64,000 nt of DNA from Macrostomum lignano (GCA_002269645.1 NIVC01001533.1:1-64000); one strand, 5' to 3'; positions 23,601-36,792 are shown, counted from the first letter of the stretch. The notes: generated by a model not told the origin, from the letters alone. A program made the numbers and translations.

Positions 23601-26600
23601 CTGCCCCATGGGTCTTTACCTTCCAGAATCCGCCCCCTGGGTCTTTACCTTCCAAATTTTGCCCCATGGGTCTTTACCCTCTAGAATCCACCCCCGGTCT
23701 TTACCCTCCTGAATCGGCCCCGTCGGTCTTTACCTTCAAAATCCGCCCCCTGGGTCTTTACCCTCCAAAATCTGCCCCCCTGGGCCTTTACCCCCCATAC
23801 CATATTCGAAAGTTTGAACTGATGTGCTGTCTGTCTATAGTTTGTAAACAGCCACTTACACGATCAGTTCGGGTCTCATTGTTAACTAATTTGTTATTAA
23901 AGTTGGCAATTGAGGAAAGAAATTTCCCATTATTAGTGCACAAAACTTTTGTAGGAGAAACAATGAAGTTACAATAAAGGTGCGGGCCGGATTGTAATAA
24001 TTAAGATTAAGGAAGTTCGCGGGCCGCATAGAAAGTCTTTGCGGGCCGGATCTGGCCCGCGGGCCGGAGGTTGCCGACCCCTGGTCAACGGTGTGACGAC
24101 CTGTGTTATTACTTGAAACTACTTCAAGTCGTACTTGAAAGCGTCATCATGCAGAGTATAAATTTGTGACGATGATTTAGCTTTTTTACTCTTTTAGGTA
24201 TCCTACAGAAAGTGAGAAAATTTGAGAAGCAATGAATAAATGGTATATATTCCCCATTTATACCAGTGCTAGGGCAATAAATGCTTGAGTGACTTGTTTA
24301 TTAACCGAGGCGAAGCCGAGGTCAATAAGCGAGGCACGAAAGCATTTTTGCCCTAAACACTTGGTATAAACGGGGAATATGTGATGTATCCACCACTTGC
24401 CCCGGGCGAACGTCTATGACTCTATGGTCTCAGTGTAAATTTCATTTATTTGCATCGAAAGAGCAGTTGCACAGTGAAATAAACCGTTTATTTGCACCGA
24501 TGTAAATAAATGAAATTTACACTGAGATCATAGACGTTCGCCCGGGGCAAGTGGGGGATACATAATCAGCGGTCCCAGTGCGTGACAACGATTTGTCTAT
24601 GGCTCGCGCCTACCGGCGCTCGCCAGACAATGTATATCCATCCATGGCGCTCGCCAGACAATCGTTGTCACGCACTGGGACCGCTGATTCTTTACATTGT
24701 TTTCTGTTCGACGATCCTACAGACAATGCATTTTTTGTAGTAATGGATTGTTCTGCATTAAAAATGTGAATAATGATCGTCAAATTGCTAAGCAATCAAC
24801 TTTCATTCAGTTCGAAACAACTTGAAAAGTAATACGTTTAGAACACAGAAACACCTGAACTTCAACTTTGTACGAGTAAATCCATGCTAGCGCAAACAAG
24901 TTCTCTAAAAAGTTATTTGGCTGCTGTTTGAGAATGGCTTCGACTCCGTATGGTCTGAAGCAGAGTTTAAAATGAGTCTCACTTCAAGAAAACTTCAAGG
25001 TCGACTGAAGTATTACAGTAAAGCCTTAGAATTATAAAGCGTATCTGGGTTAGTCAGACAGGGCGCAGAACAGCTGGCTAAAACTGACTGATCAAGTTAC
25101 TTCGCTCAGTAGGAAGACTGTCTAAAGATACATTGGCTTTGAGAAAAATGCACCAGTGCAAAGAGGTGCAAGACACCATGGTTACAAACAAGTTGCCCCC
25201 CTAGCGTACTTGATTACCTTGTACACATCGTACTCCTCCAAGGTCTCGTCGAACATTGTGTACAGATCGTTGAGCAGGTCAACCACCTGCAGTGGCGTGC
25301 TCAGCGCCGAGATTGTTGTGAAACCGACGATGTCGCTGAAGTAGATGGTCACCTCGTCGAACTCCTCCGGTTCCACAGCCTGGCCCTCCATGAGGCTCTT
25401 CGCCACGATTCTGCGCGAGATCGGAGTGGTGGCGGTTTGTGACAGGTTTCTGAGTTTCTCTCCAACAAAGTGTTTTGCAGCATTCAGCTGGACAATGGCA
25501 TCATGGGATGCAGAAATGAGCGGTTTAATCAGTCAAGGGAAAAGATTTTTACTTAATAATTTTCCCCTCGTTTGCTTCATCCCATCCAGCTGCAACTTCT
25601 TAGCTGCTGGCGAAAGTCACTAAGCATAAGCACCTCTCGCTTCGCCTGGTAATTAGCAGGTTCGCAACTACTCTCCCGATCTCAGTCAGTTAGGAGTTCC
25701 TCTTCGTCCTCACTGAGCTATCTTCCATCCTCTGGTCGTGCCTTTTCCTTCTTTGCCCGGCTCAAATTTCAAGGCGAGAGGCGCTGCTCGTCCGCGCTTC
25801 GCCGTGGCGCTCTAATCTTCCTCACTACTGACGTCCTCCCTCCTCTCTGCCAGCCTCACAGCCATATAAGCCACTACGCGTCACCTCGTGCGTTGCATCT
25901 CCAGCGCCTTCGCCTGGGGCCGTGATCCTACACTCCTTGCAGGCTTATTCTACTTATTCGTCAGTCCAACGGCTAATGACCATGGCTAGTGGACTGAGGA
26001 ACTCTTTGAGTTAAAGAGCTTGGGCAATGCGAAAGTTTCTGTAACGAGTTTATACTGGGAATCTCTAATAGGATAGTAGATGCACTAATTAGCTGGAGAC
26101 GCATACGCTAGTTTAAAAAGCAAGGCTAAATTTCGACCTGCTGCAGTTTAGCCGACTCAGTCTCTGTACTCGCTGATGGGGGAATGTTAAACGACTCGAT
26201 CCCGGTTTCTATTTCATAACTGGGGCCGGAAATCAAACTGCGAGTTCTCCCCTGCCGTTCAAGCCAGCACCTGCCCAGCGCTATCAAACAGGACAGGCCG
26301 ATCGCCCGCTCAAAGCCTTCCTGAACTGATTAAGCTGGCAGTGTGGAGCTCGGGCTGATGCATCGTGCAATCGTGCATTCGTCCGATCTAGCGGGGGTGG
26401 TGCTGGCTGGCCAGTACAGAAACAGACAGAGCGACTGGCAAGGGGGGGAGAGACGGCTTGCATCCCACGTAGCAAAATTCATCTTGAACACTGATTCTCA
26501 CGATGGTCAACGGGAAAAATTTTTGCTATCTCAAGGTCGTCAGGTAAGGAGAGAGTTAATTAAAAATATAGGCCTCAAATATTCAATGGCTGTTTTCTTT

Positions 26601-29600
26601 CGCCAGTGTTTCTTTTTTACACTTTTCAAGAAAAAATACTGAGGAAGTGAAAGAGGAGTGAAGGTTAGGAGAATCGTGAGTTCACAGGTGCGTCGCACCC
26701 CTTTGTTCGATAGTTCAATAAACAATTGGAGTTCAGACAGATACAGATATCCTAATTAATTGGGCAACTATGAATGCTTAATTCTACTACTGTACAGTCA
26801 GGGTACTCAATGAACCCTCACCAGTATTTCATGGCTGATTGAGATTTACCTGATACTTTTATTAAAAAATCTCAATACTTAGTTACTAAGACAGCAGTCT
26901 GCTAACAACAACAGGCTACTGAGGCAGCAGGATACTTGGCCAATGGAACAGCAGGATACTTGGCTAATGGAACAGCAGGATACTTGGCTAATGGAACAGC
27001 AGGATACTTGGATAATGGAACAGCAGGATACTTGGCTAATGGAACAGCAGGATACTTGGATAATGGAACAGCAGGATACTTGGCTAATGGAACAGCATGG
27101 TACGTGGCTAATGGAACAGCAGGATACTTTGCTAATGGAACAGCATGGTACGTGGCTAATGGAACAGCAGGATACTTTGCTAATGGAACAGCAGGATACT
27201 TGGCTAATGGAACAGCGTGATACTTGGCTAATGGAACAGGATACTTTGCTAATGGAACAGCAGGATGCTTGGCTAATGGAACAACCGATTACTTGGCTAA
27301 TGGAACAGCAGGATGCTTGGCTAATGGAACAGCAGGATGTTTTGCTAATGGAACAGCGGGATACTTGGCTAACTGGGACAGCAGGATACTTGGCTAATGG
27401 AACAGCAGGATACTTTGCTAATGGAACAGCATGGTACGTGGCTAATGGAACAGCAGGATATTTGGCTAATGGAACAGCAGGATATTTGGCTAATGGAACA
27501 GCAGGATGCTTGGCTAATGGAACAGCGGGATATTTGGCTAATGGAACAGCAGGATACTTGGCTAATGGAACAGCAGGATACTTGGCTAATGGAACAGCAG
27601 GACACTTGGCTAATGGAACAGCAGGATACTTGGCTAATGGAACAGCAGGATACTTGGCTAATGGAACAGCATGGTACGTGGCTAATGGAACAGCAGGATA
27701 TTTGGCTAATGGAACAGCAGGATACTTGGCTAATGGAACAGCGTGATACTTGGCTAATGGAACAGGATACTTTGCTAATGGAACAGCAGGATGCTTGGCT
27801 AATGGAACAGCGGGATATTTGGCTAATGGAACAGCAAGATGCTTGGCTAATGGAACAGCGGGATATTTGGCTAATGGAACAGCAGGATACTTGGCTAATG
27901 GAACAGCAGGATACTTGGATAATGGAACAGCAGGACACTTGGCTAATGGAACAGCAGGATACTTGGCTAATGGAACAGCAGGATACTTGGCTAATGGAAC
28001 AGCATGGTACGTGGCTAATGGAACAGCAGGATATTTGGCTAATGGAACAGCAGGATACTTGGCTAATGGAACAGCGTGATACTTGGCTAATGGAACAGGA
28101 TACTTTGCTAATGGAACAGCAGGATGCTTGGCTAATGGAACAGCGGGATACTTGGCTAACTGAACAGCAGGATACTTGGCTAATGGAACAGCATGGTACG
28201 TGGCTAATGGAACAGCAGGATACTTGGCTAATGGAACAGCAGGATACTTGGCTAATGAAACAGCATGGTACGTGGCTAATGGAACAGCAGGTTATTTGGC
28301 TATTGGAACAGCAGGATACTTGGCTAATTGAACAGCAGGAAACTTGGCTAATGGAACAGCAGGATACTTGGCTAATGGAACAGCAGGATACTTTGCTAAT
28401 GGAACAGCATGGTACGTGGCTAATGGAACAGCAGGATATTTGGCTAATGGAACAGCAGGATATTTGGCTAATGGAACAGCAGGATACTTGGCTAATGGAA
28501 CAGCGTGATACTTGGCTAATGGAACAGGATACTTTGCTAATGGAACAGCAGGATACTCATGTAATCTGGAAGCGGAAAACTTACTTTGGTAGCATTCGAG
28601 CAATCAGCATCTCGGTCTTCTTTTTTTCAACCTCAAGTTCCGTTGTTCTTTCCCGCACTGTCTCCTCCAAATCTGCCGAGTACTTCTCCATCATTTTGAA
28701 CATGTGGTCCACGATGTTCATCTTGCGTCCCTGCAGGAGGCTCTTGAATGTCTGGTAGACTGAGTCCATGTCTGGCCGCATCTCTGGATTCTCAGCCCAG
28801 GCCTGTTTTAACACCTGGATGAGACAAAAACAAGACCGTGTATTGACGCTTTCTGGTGCTTAGACAAAAGAGCTTTACGAGACACACGTGTCTCCAGTCA
28901 CAGGTGTTTTGAGCCATCGTCAATTTTACCTGAATATAGGCTGGCGGCGCCTCGCTTTGAGTGACCTGCGGTCGGCAAAGCGGCGGAGGCTTGCGCACTT
29001 TACGAAGAATCTCTTCGGCCGACATGCCCATCATGCCGAAGGGCGAGTCCCGCGTGATGATCTCCTGCATGACGATGGCGAACGCGTAGACGTCGGCCTT
29101 CTGCGAGCCCGGATGCGTGCCGGTGGGCGGTGGCGGCTCGCGAAGCAGCTCAGGAGCCGTCCAGAGCATCTGCTCGTCAGTAAGCTGCGGCCGATTGTTG
29201 TAGATGTTGTACACCTGATTCAGGCCGTAGTCAGTCAGCTTCAGCACCCAGCGCCCGTCCACTACGCAGTTGCTGGAGTTGAGGCTTCCGTGCACTGACA
29301 CGGGACTGTGGTGCAGGTAGCGAAGGCCCTGAAAGAGAGATCAGCATCTTTTTACCTTACAAAGAGCAGAAGTGAATAGCTTTACCAGATTTACCATGGA
29401 CAACAAGACTCACCCTGACCAAATCCGTTAGCAGTGACAGCTTGAACTCCCAGTCAAGATTCACCGATGGGTTGTTGATGATGTCCTGGGAGGCGAGAGA
29501 GTTGAGAGATTTTGATCACTGAGAGCTACTGGTTCAACTAATGTACATGTATGCTTGTTTGCGGCGGTTGTACCCTAGTGGTGAGAGCGTCGGACTTACG

Positions 29601-32600
29601 ACTGGAAGGTCGGGAGTTCGATTCCTGATCTTATTGGAATAATTTGTGTCCTTGAGCAAGATATAACTCTGCATTGCTTCAGTTCACCCAGCTGTAAAAT
29701 GGGGCCAGCATTAGCTGGGGTAATTGAGGGTGTGTGTGGCGACCCCCCAGTCCTTGGACTGAACAGCCGTACGCAGCCTTCAGATGCGCCGCGCAATAGC
29801 TGCGGCTGAGCTGTCGGTTGCACATAAGGCCCAATTGGGGCAGGTGTAATCAATTGTTCATTATTATCAAATATTGTTTGTCAAAACGCACCTTCAGGCT
29901 ACCCCTGGTGCAGTGATCCCAAACCATGGCCAGGTACTCCATGTCAACCAGTAAGCCAACAAACGGATTGACATTTTCGTTGCGGATTTCTCTCAGCATC
30001 CGAATGTACGACATCATTCGGCTCTTCACAGAGTGACCGGGCAACTGCAGGTAGCTAACGTGAATGAAATCTCCCTGGAAATGAAGAATAGTAAATGCAC
30101 AAGCTTTATCAGTGCCCTACACGGTGCGTTAAAAGTATTAAAGGGAGCTCTCACATTGTACTTCGCAGTGTTGGAATCCGTGGCCTCGTTCTCGCTGGTC
30201 GGGCTCTTTAACGAGCGCCTCTCGGCCACAGCGTTCCGGAGCGTCTCAGCCTGGTGGTTTTGGTTCTGCAGCAGTCCTGGCAGGGCCACCTCTGCCACTG
30301 TGACGTCCGCCGCCTTCAGACTCTGCAAAAATCAGCGTTTATTTAGCGTTTAGCGTTCATCAGCCAAGGACCACTGTAGAATAACAGGACGTAAAACTCA
30401 AAGAGTGTGTAAGTTTAAGGAGGCCGATTTCCTGGAAAAAAATACATTAAGGAGATAGGAAAAATCATTTGTCATTTTTTTCATCACAAAATCAAAGATT
30501 TTGCATTTGATTTGGGGCAGTGAAGATTACTTTTTTAATTTAGGCATTATTGTAGGTATAGTTCCATTCAAATGCATATGTTTAGGTATTCCTAGACCTG
30601 TCTAGACAAGCCCTTAAATAATTAAATTTTTGTTTGTCTAAATAATTTTATGTAGACAACGTTTACCAATTATCTTTTCTCATTGTTGACTTTTTCGATA
30701 TCTATCAATTTTGAAGCCAAGAACGCAAATTTCACTTGTGAGTATTTACAAATTTAGCTGGGGCTTATGAAATAGCTAGAAAACAATATGAAAATGAAAC
30801 TTTCACTACACGACTATATAAAATACGAGTACAACAGAGTAACATGTTGTGCATGATAAATTAAGAAAAGGTAGCTTTCTCAGCCCCAGTTCAAATCCAA
30901 TCATTGATTTTTGATGAATAAAATGATTTTTTCTTATCTCCGCAGTGTACTTTTCTAGGAAATCGGCCTCCTAAAAATTGCATACTCTTTGAGTTTTACG
31001 TACTGTTATACTACAGTGGTCCTTGGTAGCAGCTCTGGGCTGCAGTAGAACAGGGTACCACAGCCCTCAGCATTTGATGCATGCAGCAACATATTTCAAA
31101 TCAATTAATGGCCGAACAGTCTCAAACCAATGCTCACCGGAACGCTCTTGTTGATTCGGTTCTTCTGGAACTCCACATCCATGGGATAGAGCAGCATCTT
31201 GTTGGGCCCCTTGGCCAGCTCCTTCCGGCTCTGGTATCGCCTGGAGAAGGTTTACAAAAAAGGGATTTTCCCGTTCCTCATCAGATTAGCAATCTCTAGT
31301 TCATAATGCAGATTCAAAACTAAAAAGCGAGGCCCCCCGAGCACCGCCTGAAGCTCGAAAATCGGATTTCTGTCTGCCTGCATTAGTCGCGTCAGTTTTG
31401 ATATATTCATCCGCCCTTTTAACGTCTCGGAGCACGCGATGGACTCAAGAAATCAAGAATTAGGCTCTTGATGATGATGATGGTTTTCCAGCGAAAGCAG
31501 TGCTAGTGTTTAAGCCGTTACGCACCTGAGCTCTGTCGGATCCCACAAGCCCCACCTTGGATGTTTGGCTCACCTGACCAGCAGGAAAATAACAAATCCG
31601 GCGCCGGCAACGAAGAGGAGCGAAGCCAGCAGAATCACGCCGTGCATTGCCGTAAATCCACCTGGGAGTCAAAGGCGGGACTGGGCTGATTTAATCACTC
31701 ATCACGCATTTAGAATCGGTAAAGGCACCAGATGAAATTGCTTGAATATTTGTCTGTTCCGTTCCTTCAAAATAAGTTTGCAATAGAACAATCTAGAATA
31801 ATTCTGTACATTTATAATCACGGGAGTAGGTTGTCGGTACTTGGGTAGGAATGCAAGGAGTGGAATTGTCGGTAGTGGGGTAGGAATGAGGGGAGTGGGG
31901 TTGTCGGTAGTGGGGTAGGAATGAGGGGAGTGGGGTTGTCGGTAGTGGGGTAGGAATGAGGGGAGTGGGGTTGTCGGTAGTGGGGTAGGAATGAGGGGAG
32001 TGGGGTTGTCGGTAGTGGGGTAGGAATGAGGGGAGTGGGGTTGTCGGTAGTGGGGTAGGAATATGAGGAGTACGAGCCAATTTGGCTTAGAACGGGTAGC
32101 TCAATAAGGCACAGGCTTACCCGCCACTTCCGGTTCCGGGCAAACAGAGAGGAAGCACGAGTCCTCGCCCGGCACAGCACCCAGCTCGCTAGCCAAAGCC
32201 TGCACTGAGTTGTACGCAGGCCAGTTGATGGTGAGCACTGGCATGAACTGGTTCCGGGTAGGCCAGTAATCTAGCAGCACAAGGTCTAGGAGCGCTTGAC
32301 CGTCGGAGTCGATGACCAGCTGGTCGAAGGAGCTGGAGTTCGCCAGAGGAACAGTCAGGTTGACGAAGGCGCCGACAGCTGGAAAGCTCGGCGATGCGCT
32401 GGCCAAGGCGGTCCAGGCTACGCTGGTCTGCATGCCGAAGTGCACCTGCTGGAATCGCGAAAGTGAGCAACTCTCTTTTTATTGCGATTGACTACATACC
32501 TTTGATGACCTTCAGATGTGACATGCTCGCTCACGAGGCTCCAAGGACCTTTCCCCAATCCTTCCCCTCTCGATCCCTTCTCCTCTCGATCCCTTCTCCT

Positions 32601-35600
32601 CTCGATCCCTTCCCCATCGATCCCTTCCCCATCGATCCCTTCCCCTCTCGATCCCTTCTCCTCTCGATCCTTCCTCTCTCGATCCCTTCCCCATCAATCC
32701 CTTCTCCTCTCGATTCTTCCCCTCTCGATCCCTTCCCCATCGATCCCTTCCCCATCAATCCCTTCCCCATCGATCCCTTCCCCATCGATCCCTTCCCCAT
32801 CGATCCCTTCCCCATCGATCCCTTCTCCTCTCGATCCCTTCCCCATCGATTCCTTCCCCATCGATCCCTTCCCCATCGATCCCTTCCCCATCGATCCCTT
32901 CCCCATCGATCTCTTCCCCATCGATCCCTTCCCCATCGATCCCTTCCCCATCGATCCCTTCCCCTCTCGATCCCTCCCTTCCCCTTAATTCTTCTCGATC
33001 CATCTTCTGTTTCAATTCACTCCCTCCTATCCCGAACTGCCAAACCAGCAGCTGCTCCGAGGCTCACCTGTCCGACCCGTCCGTCAGTGGAGACGGCGCT
33101 CGCATTGGCGCCGGCGGGCAGGGCGCCGAGGATCACCAGGGATCCGGCGGCTGACGCAGTCAGATCACCGCCAGCTGCCATCAGGCTGTCCCAGGTGAAC
33201 TTCAGATCCGGCAGAAGGAAGATGTCGCTAATTAGCACAAATATGTAGGTGGCATCGGTGTAGCCCAGGCTCCTGGTCTCCAGGATAGTGCGAACCGCTG
33301 CCGGGGTCTCCATCAGCATGATGACCACTGCGGGGCCAGATGCGGGTGGCTTGTTGGAACAGTCTTTAAGTTGTGACTTACAGTCTTACTTACTTTCAGG
33401 AGCAATTTGGCTTTAAAAGTTGCAAAAAGCCTGTTCTTTTCTACCCTCTAAGTCAGAGACTGGCGAAATTTTTTACCTCAAGGCCAGATAGAAAACATAG
33501 CGCATTACTGTGGGCCAGAGGAGGGAAAAGAGAGGAGAGGGAATAGAGAAGAGAGATAGGAAAAGGGAGAGGCGAGGGAATAAAGGAGAAGAGGAGAGGA
33601 AAGAAGAGAGAGGAGCGAAGCGAAGCGAAGAGGAGGGAAGAGGAGAGGAGAGGAGAGGAGAGGAGAGGAGAGGAGAGGAGAGGAGAGGAGAGGAGAGGAG
33701 AGGAGAGGAGAGGAGAGGAGAGGAGAGGAGAGGAGAGGAGAGGAGAGGAGAGGAGAGGAGAGGAGAGGAGAGGAGAGGAGAGGAGAGGAGAGGAGAGGAG
33801 AGGAGAGGAGAGGAGAGAGTAGATTCGACTAGGGAGCTGAGAAAAGACAAACCTTGAGCGGGCGGGATTGCTATTGTGAAATTTCAAAGTACCCGAGGGC
33901 CGGATAGAGAGGCTTCGCGGGCCGGAGTTTTCTGACCCCTGCTCTAAGTTAATCATTTGCTCCTTTGCCAACAATGCCAATCTACTCTCTGCAATCTCAA
34001 ATACCGAATAATATCTAGAGCACACGGCCGTGAGAGTCGATATTTAATGAGCGTACGGTGTGAAAAAGGTTTACAGATGAGTACCAATGCAAACTGCATG
34101 CATAGAAGCAATGCATTCGGCATGTAGCAAGGCAGTGCTAGCAGTGGGCTCCCAGTTTCAAAAAGGAAATTCGGTTACTATGCAAGTCGTCTCAAATTTC
34201 GCTTGGTTGCTATGGGCGAAATAAATTTCAAGCCAAGGATAGACAAATTTCAAAGGCAAGCGAGAGTATCCATCTTGATATCCGAATGAGGAACTGGATT
34301 CCAACTGTAGCTCGGGTGCCCCTTCCGCCGCTCCCCACTCCCCTCCCTCCGCCGGGAACCCGTGATTAGAAGCGCAAAGCTCTGCCTTCTCATTTGTGGC
34401 GTTTGCTCGCAATTTTTTTTCTCTTGCTTCGTCTTCTTCTTGTTCGCGCCGACTTGTTGCGAATTTTGTCTTTTGAGATTCTTAACCGAGCGAAGGGCCT
34501 TGCTAGCGAGTCTCCTGGAAGCAGAGAAAGCAGCAGCAGCAGCAGCAAAAGGCGGGAAATTGCTGGCTTCCTTTTAACAGAGCGGACAAACGGACGACTG
34601 AACCTCCCTGTGGCTAATTACCGATGAGCTCTTGGGTGGCGCAGGTATAATTGCTCCCCTCTTGGCCGGTTAAGATGAGGGAGGAGGGATCGGGCAGGAT
34701 AAGCCTCGGATTATAGCGTTTGTTGTGTGCTTTCGCCTGTGCCTCTGCTTTCAGTTAAAGCTGTTTTCTTTTACTAACGAAGCGATTCATGGACATGGGC
34801 TCTAAATAGTAGAAATTTATAAGTCATTGTGATTGAAGGAAGGGTGTCGTTTGAAAGAGAGTGTATGGAGGGTATTTATGGAAGTTATCTGTCTTTGAAA
34901 GTGTGTAAGGAGGGTACATCCGCATGATGCTTCAATAGTAATAGTAATTGATTACTGTACCTTCCCCAATTGGGCCAGATGTGCAACCGACAGCTCAGCC
35001 GCAGCTATTGCGCGGCGCATCTGAAGGCTGCGTACGGCTGTTCAGTCCGAGGACTGGGGGGTCGCCACACACACCCTCAATTACCCCAGCTAATGCTGGC
35101 AACAATTTTACAGCTGGGTAAGCTGAAGCAATGTAACTGTGTCTTGCTCAAGGACACAAATTTTCTAGTGGGAACGGGAATCGAACCCAGACCTTCAATT
35201 CCACTAACCACTAGGCTACAACCCCCTCAAGCAAGTGACATTATCTCCAATCGGTCGTAAGGGCATTTACAGAAGGGTATATGGAGGGTATCTTCTAGAG
35301 GTACTTTAATGAAAATAAAAAAGGGTATTGTCAAGCTGGTGCTTGAAGGGTCCGCCCTGCCCAGCTACAAAATGCAGCCTCGGAGCAGCCGCCATACCCT
35401 TGACGTTGGCCACTCGTCTTAGCCGGGCCAGCGCGTCCGCAGCGGCCCCTCCGTCGGCTCCGACGCTGAGGAAGGCGGCCGCCGGGATCTCGTAGTCCAG
35501 CAGCGACAGCTGCGCACCGAGCTGGTAGGCCGCCCGCTGCCAATAGTCCGAGCCAGACTGCCACAGCACCGCCAGGCCCTGCCAGCGGAACCGGCTAAGC

Positions 35601-36064
35601 AGGGCCACAGCGCCGCTGACCAGCGTCGTCAGCGACGGCGCCAGACTTGGCAGCGCCGGCGCGGGCGGGTCGACGCAATTCCACGACACGGCGGTGGCAT
35701 TGGCGGCGCCAACGCCGGTCCACGAGGCGGCGAGCTGGCAGAGGTCGGGCTCCGGAAAGCCCAGCCAGATCAGCGGCTCCCGACGGGCGAGGACATCGGC
35801 GACGGCGGCGCCGAGGGAGTCGCGGCCGGGCCGGCCGGTCATCGGGTCGCAGGTGAGCGGCACGGCTCGGACGGTCAGCGAGCTGGCTGGGACAGCTGGC
35901 GGCAGCATCAGCGAGGCGGTGGTGTTGAAGAGGCCACCAATGATCAAGCTGCTGGAGTTGACCCTGACGGTGCCGCAGTTGTCGCCCTGAGTCAGCACCC
36001 AGACTTCAACAGTGGCAGCGGTCGACAAGCCAACGGCAGCAGACAGCAGCAGCAGCATCAGCAT
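17677..36064 (-). CDS. Receptor (transmembrane) guanylyl cyclase: signal peptide, extracellular domain, TM, kinase-homology domain, cyclase domain
   Basis: Phase-consistent exons 36064-35398, 33327-33068, about 32448-32121, 31661-31574 ([24 protein letters not shown]), 31240-31138, 30322-30155, 30074-29892, 29485-29414, 29328-28930 ([23 protein letters not shown]), 28814-28585, 25410-25218 ([12 protein letters not shown]), 22911-22697 ([10 protein letters not shown]), 20284-20033 ([17 protein letters not shown]) and probable last exon 17977-17677. GTP-specifying E and C residues are present. Confidence 0.93.
18438..18640 (+). mobile_element. Second, unrelated tRNA-derived SINE-like element
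   Basis: GGCCGTAGCCCAGTGGTCTAGTGCG (A box) .. GGCTCGATTCC (B box), followed by a non-tRNA body. Single copy in the window. Confidence 0.5.
19540..20000. repeat. Minisatellite, 40-bp dimer of two 20-bp monomers (CTCAAGTGAAATGGCGCCTA / CTCAAGTAAAATGGCACTCA), about 11 dimers
   Basis: Strictly alternating monomers in the last guanylyl cyclase intron. Confidence 0.96.
20430..21305. repeat. 88-bp tandem repeat, about 10 copies
   Basis: Period 88 measured between CCAATTCA occurrences (20521, 20609, 20697). Two alternating variants (GCTGCCATTG / GCTTCTGTTG). Confidence 0.96.
21840..22505 (+). mobile_element. Internally deleted Tc1/IS630-like DNA transposon with long TIRs
   Basis: Inverted copies of TTGGTCCAACAAGCATCAATTTGGTCCA (about 21883-21910 and 22363-22390). 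Interior frames [22 protein letters not shown] and [15 protein letters not shown] resemble the two HTH motifs of Tc1-type transposases. No DDE domain seen. Confidence 0.5.
23276..24083. mobile_element. hAT MITE carrying an internal 28-29-bp minisatellite
   Basis: 16-bp TIR CAGGGGTCGGCAACCT at both ends. Perfect 8-bp TSD GTCAACGG (23268-23275, 24084-24091). Interior array of TGGGTCTTTACCCTCCAGAATCCGCCCC. Confidence 0.93.
24247..24689. mobile_element. Three abutting long hairpins (probable non-autonomous DNA element)
   Basis: Inverted repeats at 24247-24380, 24384-24563 and 24564-24689. The third has 30-bp perfect arms. Confidence 0.65.
26925..28557. repeat. 24-bp minisatellite GGAACAGCAGGATACTTGGCTAAT, about 68 units with variants
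   Basis: Directly visible array in a guanylyl cyclase intron, ending about 25 bp from the donor at 28584. Confidence 0.97.
29562..29853 (+). mobile_element. tRNA/CORE-like SINE (copy 4)
   Basis: Same head, core and tail as copy 3. Lies in the intron between exons 29892 and 29485. Confidence 0.9.
31825..32062. repeat. 35-bp G-rich minisatellite, about 6 copies
   Basis: Unit GTCGGTAGTGGGGTAGGAATGAGGGGAGTGGGGTT with three G4 runs per unit. Confidence 0.93.
32545..33000. repeat. 15-bp C/T-rich minisatellite CGATCCCTTCCCCAT
   Basis: Fills most of guanylyl cyclase intron 2. Confidence 0.93.
33454..33941. mobile_element. hAT MITE with internal (GGAGA)n expansion
   Basis: Perfect 8-bp TSD CTCTAAGT (33446-33453, 33942-33949). 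Right TIR ..GACCCCTG. Interior homologous to the 14112 and 52204 copies. Confidence 0.88.
34940..35225 (-). mobile_element. tRNA/CORE-like SINE (copy 5)
   Basis: Reverse complement matches copies 2-4. Confidence 0.88.
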
Positions 36065-36683
36065 GATGTCGGTGAAATCCGATTAGAAATTCGTCTCCTT
36101 CGGAAGTCTTTGTTTTCAATTCGAATCGATTTTCTGCTTCTAAGAACTCAGCGTTGCCGTCCCTCCCTGCTGGCCGATTCCGCCCGACCGTGACTCAGCC
36201 GTGCGAGAGAATAAATCCCCCATCAGAGGCCGAGCACGTCTGGGAAGGGAAGCTCGGAATCTTGGGGATCGCGCACGCCGCACGCCACCCCCCCCCCCGC
36301 AGTCGTCTTTTTCGCCTTTGCCCGTCCCGCCAGCGCGCACCTGAGCGTCATAATCTGTCTGAGCGAATCAAGCGGAGAGAGTGAGAGAGGTTGGGCGACT
36401 CTCCTTCGAATTCGAAGGGGACGGACGAGGCGAGTCAAGGAGATTTGGGGAGGCGGGAGAACTCGAAATTTTCACTAGTCTCGTCTCTCGTGGCTCTACC
36501 GTTGATTTGGCCCGGGTGTTTCTTTCTGCACGATTCCAGACTTGCGTGAGCTGTGATGCTTCTGAAGCTGTAATACGCAGAATTCAATCTGAGAAATCAA
36601 CTCAATTTTTAAAAGTATCTGATTTCCCGAGCGAGGTCTATGTCTTCAGCGATTCCGAAGCGGAGGTGCATAGAAACCATAAT

Positions 36684-36792
36684 ATTAATTAATAATTAAT
36701 AATTAATAATTGATTACACCTGCCCCAATGGGCAGATGTGCAACCGACGGCTCAGCCGCAGCTATTGCGCGGCGCATCTGAAGGCTGCGTAC
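36684..36792 (-). mobile_element. 5'-truncated SINE copy (3' end and TTA-type tail only)
   Basis: CAGATGTGCAACCGACGGCTCAGCCGCAGCTATTGCGCGGCGCATCTGAAGGCTGCGTAC is shared with the family. Confidence 0.8.

Noticed and set aside
28792-29328. Kinase-homology domain of the cyclase lacking the catalytic Asp as a novelty
   Set aside because: A pseudokinase domain is the normal state for receptor guanylyl cyclases.
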